This document shows, in pieces, positions 6,075 through 12,104 of a stretch of 12,104 nt of DNA. The number at the start of each line of letters is the position of its first letter. The first letter of the stretch is position 1. The notes beneath the pieces are model-generated. The model did no database searches, was not told the origin of the DNA, and saw nothing but the letters and a program-made list of their open reading frames with translations. Source of the DNA: Candidatus Omnitrophota bacterium (GTDB lineage Bacteria; Ratteibacteria; UBA8468; MWAK01); contig JAZDPL010000064.1 of assembly GCA_043797665.1 (NCBI GenBank), positions 1 through 12,104 of the forward strand, in the 5' to 3' direction. Both the position numbers and the translations under genes were made by a program.

Positions 6075-8642
6075 ATGGATAATCCGGTCACAGACCTGTT
6101 TGTTCGTCCGGAGTACGACCATTCATGCATCACCGTTACATTCACCCCGCCATCCGGGTGCACCTGGGTTAAGTGGCGGGTTCTGGACGGAGACGAGGCG
6201 GTCTTCCATGGCAACGCGACAGTCTATAGTGGTGCACCTGTCCGGTTTAAGGCCCAGGTCCCGAATTTCAAGCCGTGGAACGTCAATACGCCGTACCTCT
6301 ACACCCTCGATCTTACCCTGGAAGTTCCTGGGAGGGAGTTCGCAATCCGCCAGCGCTTCGGCATGCGCAAGATCGAGGCAACCGCCGACGGTCTTTTTCT
6401 GAACAATGAACGCTTCTTCGTTCGTGGCTACATCCGGGGACGTGAGGCGCACGACCACCCGAACCTGGAAGGGATGCCATTAAAGGAGTACTACGCCAAG
6501 AATATCCGCATGGCCAAGGCGTACGGATTCAACTTTGTCCGTTTCCACTCAGTCATTCCACCGGAGGAATGCTTCCAGGTAGCCGACGAACTGGGCATCC
6601 TGATTCACATCGAGATGCGCAAGTACTACGGCAAGTATCAAAAAGAGCGCAAGTCAATGGAGTTCGAAGGAGACCTGTTGAACGAGACGGAGTGGCGCGA
6701 GATGGTCCTGAAATTGCGTAACCATCCGTCGCTGATGGTCTACTGCATGGGAAACGAAATCGACCATCCCGGCAAGAATCCCCGTTGCACGCACTTCTAT
6801 GACCTGACTAAAGAACTCGACCCCACTCGCCTTTTCATTGATACCTGCTCGCGCGGGGAATTCGACCGCAAGGCGGTGGACTTTGATGTCCAGTTCATGG
6901 GTTACTTCTACCCCTTCGGCAAAGATTACGACATGTTCGAGAACACCCTGAACTGGTTGGTCTACGGCTCCTGCACGGACCTGCCGCTGGTTGACCAGGA
7001 CTGCGAGGAACGGACCGCCTATCGGCTGACACGGACCATTCCTGTTCCGCGTCCGGTGGTCGCACACGAAATTTGTCACTATGTGGCGCTGCGCGATCTG
7101 GAGGTGCTTGACGGGAAATTCGAGCGCGCCGGTGTCGGGAAACCCTGGTGGCTCGGTGAGTTGAAGAAGCTTGTCGCGCTCAAAGGCCTCGAAAAGGACT
7201 ATCCGCTGATGTACGAGGCCAGTCGGCACTTCCAGTTCATCGGCTGGAAACTCGGCATCGAAGGAGCCCGCCGCAGCCGCATCCTGAGCGGATTCCACTT
7301 CCTGCAGTTCTCCGACACGGATCGTTACGAGAATAGCAACGGATTGGTGGACTGCTTTGATGATCCCCAGGGGATTGACCAAGACAGGTTTCTGCAGTTC
7401 AACGGTGATACGGTCCTCCTGGCAGACTTGCCACGGCGCACCTTTTTTGAGGAAGAGAAGGTCGTGGTCCCGATTGTCTTGTCACATTTTTCCGCTGAGG
7501 TCAAAGGCATGGCGGAGTTCTCCTTTGAGCTCAAGAGCAAGGTGGGCTCGACTGTCCGGATCGCGGGCAAACTGGGCAAAATCAGTTTGGACGAATGTGG
7601 CAGGCGCGAGGTTTGCCGCATTACATTGCACCTGCCGACAGCGGAGAAACCCGAGGCGCTGGAGCTGACTTGTCGGCTCACGGGAATGACCGGTGCCAAG
7701 TACATCAAAAATAGTTACAACCTGTGGCTCTATCCGAATCGGCCGGAGGCCATCGTCCCTATGGCGGCCACCGTGGCGCTCGATGAAGTGAACCTGCGCT
7801 CACGGTATCCGCAGATTGAGTCGAAAGGAACGCCGGAGAATCCCGAGCGGCTGATGATTATTGACCGCTTTTCCGACCCGGTAATCCGCCATCTCGCGCG
7901 GGGAGGAGACATCCTGATGCTCTATCGCGTCCCGGAGACCCGTGATCGGAGGGACCGTAATGCTCCGCGGGAGGCGTATTATCTTCCCGCCACCTGGGAC
8001 CGCTTCAAGACAGTCATCTGGGACCGCGGACACAACTGCGGGGCATTCCTGCGTCCAAGCCATGCCATGGACGGTTTCCCGCATGACGGCTTTCTGGACA
8101 TGCAGTTTTACGAACTGGTGGACGATTGCGACAAGATCAACCTCGATGACTTTCCCGTGGCGGTCGAACCGCTCATCCAGGGAGTTGACAAGGCCACGCG
8201 CGACCGGTTCGACGTCTATTCCTACGGTCTGAGCGAACTGCAGCCGTTCTACACCCTGCGCAAGTTCGCCTATCTCTTCGAAATTCGTGTCGGTAGCGGC
8301 CGTCTGCTCCTGACCGGTCTGAACTTCACCGGCCTGAGCCGGAACGTGCCGGAAACCTGCGCGCTCTTTGAATCGCTCCTGCGGTACGTCGTTTCCGACG
8401 CCTTCCGGCCGGCCGCGCAGATTTCGCCGGAAGCACTCGAACAATACCTGCTGGACAAGGGCAAGGCCCCGCACATCCGGGAGCGCCGGATGACGCAGTA
8501 TTGGCAGCTCGACGAAGAACCGCTGGAGTCTAATAAGTACTGGAAGGAATCGCTCGAATACATCGGCGAACAGGTCGTAGTGGACGACCATGTCTGGCAG
8601 CGTCGGTCGAAGACCCAAACGGAAGAAGAACAACGAAATTGA
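6075..8642 (+). CDS. Glycoside hydrolase family 2 protein (Ig-like domain + TIM barrel + C-terminal extension), ~855 aa
   Basis: 'KPWNVNTPYLY', 'RFGMRKI', 'LNNERFFVRG', 'KAYGFNFVRFHS', 'ADELGI', 'NHPSLMVYCMGNE' (acid/base Glu), 'DPTR', 'VVAHEI' (candidate nucleophile). ATG 6075 has GGAGG/GGAG upstream, so it is preferred over 6033. No signal peptide. Confidence 0.88.
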   Translation: MDNPVTDLFVRPEYDHSCITVTFTPPSGCTWVKWRVLDGDEAVFHGNATVYSGAPVRFKAQVPNFKPWNVNTPYLYTLDLTLEVPGREFAIRQRFGMRKIEATADGLFLNNERFFVRGYIRGREAHDHPNLEGMPLKEYYAKNIRMAKAYGFNFVRFHSVIPPEECFQVADELGILIHIEMRKYYGKYQKERKSMEFEGDLLNETEWREMVLKLRNHPSLMVYCMGNEIDHPGKNPRCTHFYDLTKELDPTRLFIDTCSRGEFDRKAVDFDVQFMGYFYPFGKDYDMFENTLNWLVYGSCTDLPLVDQDCEERTAYRLTRTIPVPRPVVAHEICHYVALRDLEVLDGKFERAGVGKPWWLGELKKLVALKGLEKDYPLMYEASRHFQFIGWKLGIEGARRSRILSGFHFLQFSDTDRYENSNGLVDCFDDPQGIDQDRFLQFNGDTVLLADLPRRTFFEEEKVVVPIVLSHFSAEVKGMAEFSFELKSKVGSTVRIAGKLGKISLDECGRREVCRITLHLPTAEKPEALELTCRLTGMTGAKYIKNSYNLWLYPNRPEAIVPMAATVALDEVNLRSRYPQIESKGTPENPERLMIIDRFSDPVIRHLARGGDILMLYRVPETRDRRDRNAPREAYYLPATWDRFKTVIWDRGHNCGAFLRPSHAMDGFPHDGFLDMQFYELVDDCDKINLDDFPVAVEPLIQGVDKATRDRFDVYSYGLSELQPFYTLRKFAYLFEIRVGSGRLLLTGLNFTGLSRNVPETCALFESLLRYVVSDAFRPAAQISPEALEQYLLDKGKAPHIRERRMTQYWQLDEEPLESNKYWKESLEYIGEQVVVDDHVWQRRSKTQTEEEQRN

Positions 8643-8664
8643 TACGTAATATTCAGTAGGACAT

Positions 8665-10746
8665 ATGATGAATAAAATTCCTCTACGCCTAAATATCATT
8701 GTTTTATTTTTGCTTGTAACTACTTTAATCCACGCACAATCTAACGATACCCTGATGGGAAATACCACTCTTACGAAACCAACACCAGGTAATTGGGTAA
8801 TAATCCCATATGGTGGACTTATTGATAGATCAACATTCACCCATTCGGGTGAAACAGTTGGTAATGTTATTCAGAAAATTGCAAGTAACAACAATGCTTT
8901 TAAAAACCTTGTACAGCAATACCTGGAGCCATATTCAATATTGTGTCATGACAAGTTACTATCCACCTTTAAAATTGCCACTCCTCCACTTGTAAATATT
9001 CTTGCACATTATCCAATCGGTTCCGAACAACCAGCCTGGGTAGACTTATTTAGGGAAGGGCATTTTCAGCTGTATTATAATGCAAACCTAATTAGAGTAT
9101 TCCTGAAAGGAACTGATCCTAAAGGTAGTTTTAAAAAATACCGCTCAGTTATAAGACTTCCCATTCAGGATGTTATGAATACTGAAGGTATGTCGATTAA
9201 AAATATAGAAGTGTACGTGTTCACTAACGATTATGCAACCACAGAAATAAGCCTAAACACAATTCCCATTACTTATGCCATAAACGACATTAATCTGTCG
9301 CCAAAACGTAAATCTATAGATTTAGACAGCATCGAAGAATTTCTCGAATCTGGTGTTATTTTGGAAGCCGTAGAAGTTGACAAAAATAATAATTTGTTTT
9401 TCTATGGCAGAAAAGCTTCAAATCAGACCATTGCCGATAAACCTGTTTCTATTTCAGATATTGCAGTGGTATATAGATCAGTATTTCACTATGGATATAA
9501 CTCCCCTTATATAAGTCTTGATAAACATGAGGATAACAGATATGCCAAAGTAAATTTTGGAGGGCATCTTGAAAATACTCATGTCGGCTATGTAGTTTTA
9601 GAAGCAGACAAATTATTTAAAACGCTATGCACAGGCATTGATCCCAACACACATGAACTCGTAAAATCTAAAATTACAAAAGATGTTCCTGGCTTTTTAA
9701 CAGAAAATGAAAGAGAATTCTTAGAAGATTCTGTTGAAGGACATAGTCGGATACGTTTTTGGTTTTATCCTGATAATATTGGTACCGTGACTGATGGTTC
9801 AATAGGTACTGTTCTAACATATCAGTTTCTCGCAGATGCCGAACGACTGGATGTTAAAATAAAAGTAGCTAAAGCAGTTAGAGAAACAATTGACCATCTG
9901 AATACAAATTTTATTCAGTATGAAAAAGCAGAAAATACTTATAAAGAACTAAGTACCGTAGGACGTATTATGGCTCTTATCAACTGGCTGAGAGAAATGA
10001 ATATGGGAGAAAGAATTGAATTGGATGATTTGCTTTCGGTTAAAATACCTGCCTTTTCTACTCCCGAAAAAACAAAGAGAATGCTGGTTATTACTGCAGG
10101 ACCATATTCTGAAGACTTACATATATCCAGTCAAAACGTCAGAGATTATACAAAAACTTATTACATTTCTTATCTACTTGATAAATATCCTCCATCTACT
10201 TCAAATGAAGAATTCCTTGAAATAGCCAAGAATTATTTCTCTCAAATTGATACCACCGAACTATATCCACCGAAATATAAGGAGATTAAATCCGAAGTTG
10301 ATTATTATGAAGGTCTTATCGATTCGAATAATGAAAAATTGGAGTTAATGAAAAAAGAAATTGAGGGAAAAAAAGAAATACTTGACAGCTCTAATTCGAG
10401 CGATATAGACCAGTGTAACAACCTAATTAATAACTATAACAACTTGTCGGCAAATCAGGAATCTTTGATTAACGTTTATAAATCAAAGATAAATGAATTG
10501 AACAGTATGGATAATATTCAATCACAAGAAATTGATTCTATTGGTGGCGGAATAAGCCTTAATCCTAAAGAATTTAAGCGAACAGTAGTGAACAGAAATT
10601 CACCTGAACTAAGTAAGATAGTAAGAATAAAAAGTCAATTAAAATCTTCTGGCAATACGGCTAAATCTGGAGATTGGATTCGGAGTAATTCAGGAATGGG
10701 TGGAGCCAGAATCAATAAATTACCACATAGTGTCGGTCTCCAGTAA
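8665..10746 (+). CDS. Secreted hypothetical protein, 693 aa, AT-rich, with a coiled-coil segment near the C-terminus
   Basis: Sec-type signal 'MMNKIPLRLNIIVLFLLVTTLIHA|QS', AGGA RBS, long open frame. Internal 'NTHVGYVVLEADKLFKTL..GIDP', 'RFWF' and 'GGGISL' motifs are loosely reminiscent of DUF1598-like domains (tentative). Confidence 0.75.
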   Translation: MMNKIPLRLNIIVLFLLVTTLIHAQSNDTLMGNTTLTKPTPGNWVIIPYGGLIDRSTFTHSGETVGNVIQKIASNNNAFKNLVQQYLEPYSILCHDKLLSTFKIATPPLVNILAHYPIGSEQPAWVDLFREGHFQLYYNANLIRVFLKGTDPKGSFKKYRSVIRLPIQDVMNTEGMSIKNIEVYVFTNDYATTEISLNTIPITYAINDINLSPKRKSIDLDSIEEFLESGVILEAVEVDKNNNLFFYGRKASNQTIADKPVSISDIAVVYRSVFHYGYNSPYISLDKHEDNRYAKVNFGGHLENTHVGYVVLEADKLFKTLCTGIDPNTHELVKSKITKDVPGFLTENEREFLEDSVEGHSRIRFWFYPDNIGTVTDGSIGTVLTYQFLADAERLDVKIKVAKAVRETIDHLNTNFIQYEKAENTYKELSTVGRIMALINWLREMNMGERIELDDLLSVKIPAFSTPEKTKRMLVITAGPYSEDLHISSQNVRDYTKTYYISYLLDKYPPSTSNEEFLEIAKNYFSQIDTTELYPPKYKEIKSEVDYYEGLIDSNNEKLELMKKEIEGKKEILDSSNSSDIDQCNNLINNYNNLSANQESLINVYKSKINELNSMDNIQSQEIDSIGGGISLNPKEFKRTVVNRNSPELSKIVRIKSQLKSSGNTAKSGDWIRSNSGMGGARINKLPHSVGLQ

Positions 10747-10858
10747 CCATTCTCTCTACCAACACAAAAACTGGTTTAGTGCGGCGGATTGCTAATCCTT
10801 AAAATTCAATTTTAATCGGAGGTTTTTTCTTGAGCTAATCCCCAGAATTCCCTTTCAT

Positions 10859-10911
10859 TGTCATTCCCGCGTGTAGTAAGCGGGAATCCAGTCATTGCGC
10901 ATGGCAATCTC
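10859..10911 (+). repeat. Palindromic intergenic repeat units (GTCATTCCCGC...GCGGGAATCC type plus a shortened GTCATTGCG...GCAATCTC unit)
   Basis: TGTC-ATTCCCGC-gtgtagtaa-GCGGGAAT-CCA is followed directly by GTC-ATTGC-gcatg-GCAAT-CTC. The first has the ATTCCC...GGGAAT core also found in Neisseria dRS3-type repeats. Confidence 0.7.
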
Positions 10912-10936
10912 ATCCTTTCCCCAATTTTACCGGTTT

Positions 10937-11032
10937 CTGTCACACACCTGTCACACTTTTTCACGCCTCTATTTCTACCGAAATTTGTTGATTATCAATA
11001 GATTTGAAAGGAAGTAATCCTGATGGCCCCAC
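10937..11032 (+). mobile_element. Putative attachment-site remnant (attR-like) of a tyrosine-integrase element
   Basis: Direct repeats CTGTCACAC (10937-10945, 10948-10956); back-to-back near-IHF sites around TTGATTATCAA (10981-11005); then AATCCTGATGGCCCCAC (11016-11032), which parses as a tRNA T-loop end, 5-nt T-stem strand, 7-nt acceptor strand and discriminator A. Confidence 0.4.
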
Positions 11033-11053
11033 ATTATTTTGAAAATGGAAATC

Positions 11054-11344
11054 TCACTGTGTTACCTTTATGCCAATATCTTCAAATATTTTATTAAGGG
11101 AATTGAAGCCTTCAATAACCATAGGGACATCTTCTTCTCTTACGAAACTGGTTAATACAAAATAGTCATTATCAAAAAAACACCTAAACTCTATACTTTT
11201 ATAATGAAATCTGAAATCACCCAAACCATAATAGACATCTGTACCTGAATCTTTTCTGTTGGTAAAATCTAATGTACTTCCTTCATTTTTTACTACCCCA
11301 TTCTCAATCAAATAGTTCGCCAACTTTATCCCATCAATTTTCAT
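11054..11344 (-). CDS. Hypothetical protein, 96 aa
   Basis: Open frame with AGGA 7 nt before the ATG, downstream of a strong promoter and a structured leader. No family recognised. Confidence 0.6.
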   Translation of the reverse strand: MKIDGIKLANYLIENGVVKNEGSTLDFTNRKDSGTDVYYGLGDFRFHYKSIEFRCFFDNDYFVLTSFVREEDVPMVIEGFNSLNKIFEDIGIKVTQ

Positions 11345-11393
11345 CGTAGTTTCCTATAGGTTAATATTTACCGTGGCTGACCTTTCCTCCAAT

Positions 11394-11567
11394 AAAAAAG
11401 GGGCTACAAATCCCCCTACCGGTAACCGCTAAGTTAATCCGATAAAAAAACCGTAACCCCTTACTGTGCTTTAACACAGGAGGATTACAGCCTTTCCCTT
11501 ACTTAGCGGTTAAGTAGGGAACCCTACTTTAAGAAAAAAAGCTGTAAACTTTCATCTTTTCAAAGAA
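11394..11567 (-). ncRNA. Putative structured leader RNA/attenuator with alternative pairings (architecture like phage C4/CI antisense-immunity regions)
   Basis: Several interlocking complementary segments: 12-nt perfect pair 11423-11434/11501-11512; hairpin AAGTAGGG-tt-CCCTACTT; a terminator hairpin; three related U-tailed boxes. The G-U pairs work on the minus strand only. Confidence 0.6.
11444..11495 (-). terminator. Intrinsic terminator-like hairpin inside the leader
   Basis: Minus strand GGCUGUAAUCCU-C-CUGUG-uuaaag-CACAG-UAA-GGGGUUACGGUU followed by a U run: 12-bp lower stem with G-U pairs and a 5-bp upper stem. Confidence 0.6.
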
Positions 11568-11573
11568 CTTTAA

Positions 11574-11602
11574 ATTATATCTTTTTGTGGAAAAGAAGTC
11601 AA
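11574..11602 (-). promoter_or_regulatory. Near-consensus sigma70 promoter
   Basis: Minus strand TTGACT (11602-11597), 17-nt spacer, TATAAT (11579-11574). Predicted start near 11567. Confidence 0.82.
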
Positions 11603-11633
11603 AATCAATTGCGGCTGAATGATGGGGTAGGGG

Positions 11634-12104
11634 TTAGTTGTCTAATGTTTTTTTAAACGCTTCAGAGAGTTTTGCTAACCCGTAGGGCTTTCGCAAAAAT
11701 ACCGGTTCCAGTTCCTTAGATGAAAATCGTTCTTTTATATCTTCCGGACTGTAACCGCTGGTAAGTATCACCTTAACATCCGGATTTAGCTCTTTCAATT
11801 TTTTCAGGGTAGTTATACCGTCCATTCTCGGCATTATCACGTCAAGCAGGACACAGGTAACGGTATTTGCCTGCGCTCTATATATCTTCAATGCTTCTAC
11901 CCCGTCGCTTGCTGTCAATACATTAAAACCCAGGTGTTTAACCAGACTGGCAACCATATTCAAAACCGTCGGTTCATCATCCACAACAAGTACTGTGCCT
12001 GAAAAAACAGAAGCAGGTTTAATCTCCTTCTCTTTTTCAATATCCGGTTTTTCCTGCTCTAAAACTTCCGGGGTTCTTTTCGGAATTGCCGGAAGATAAA
12101 TCCG
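11634..12104 (-). CDS. C-terminal part of a hybrid sensor histidine kinase (end of HATPase domain, linker, receiver domain); 5' end outside the window
   Basis: Frame is open to the window edge: RIYLPAIPKRTPEV...FSGTVLVVDDEP...VLLDVIMPRMDG...ILTSGYS...FLRKPY. 'RIYLP' is the typical last HATPase strand. The receiver has DD, the phospho-Asp and KP motifs. Confidence 0.88.
   Translation of the reverse strand, partial: RIYLPAIPKRTPEVLEQEKPDIEKEKEIKPASVFSGTVLVVDDEPTVLNMVASLVKHLGFNVLTASDGVEALKIYRAQANTVTCVLLDVIMPRMDGITTLKKLKELNPDVKVILTSGYSPEDIKERFSSKELEPVFLRKPYGLAKLSEAFKKTLDN

Noticed and set aside
7800..8840. 346-aa minus-strand ORF, and the other ORFs nested in GH2 (6100-6402, 6123-6458, 6654-7382, 7325-7708, 7357-7668, 7730-7912, 7942-8232, 8270-8563)
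   Set aside because: Shadow frames of a GC-rich gene with strong codon bias; no recognisable motifs.
10771..10798. CTGGTTTAGTGCGGCGGATTGCTAATCC resembles the D-loop-to-anticodon part of tRNA-Ser(GCT)
   Set aside because: Only 3 bp of the anticodon stem close, and there is no acceptor stem or T-arm. It is not a tRNA gene and may be chance; a comparison with the genome's tRNA-Ser would settle it.
11634..11984. Stand-alone response regulator starting at GTG 11984
   Set aside because: That start cuts off the first receiver strand (VLVV), and the frame stays open to the window edge with a kinase C-terminal motif.
1..12104. CRISPR array, rRNA, intact tRNA, intact integrase or transposase, known defence system
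   Set aside because: I saw no regularly spaced repeats, complete cloverleaf or matching protein motifs in this window.

Overview
Mosaic, accessory-looking bacterial window. Left to right: a short truncated IS1380-like transposase remnant ending in a GTAG-type REP doublet; two tandem URO-D/MtaA-CmuA-superfamily genes followed by a frameshifted, truncated GntR regulator; a translationally coupled PilZ + membrane HD-GYP c-di-GMP pair; a DUF3109-like Cys-rich gene; two unannotated lysine-rich microproteins (33 and 29 aa) with strong RBSs behind a near-consensus sigma70 promoter; an N-terminally truncated yjbQ; a visibly GC-rich GH2 glycoside hydrolase; a visibly AT-rich secreted hypothetical protein; palindromic repeats and a possible att site (arm-like repeats, IHF-like sites, tRNA 3'-end-like fragment); a small hypothetical gene behind a strong promoter and a ~220-nt leader with mutually exclusive RNA pairings; and the C-terminus of a hybrid histidine kinase. 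The best candidates for undescribed biology are the structured leader RNA (11394-11602, minus strand) and the microprotein pair (5056-5412). Family calls come from motif recognition only; no searches were run.
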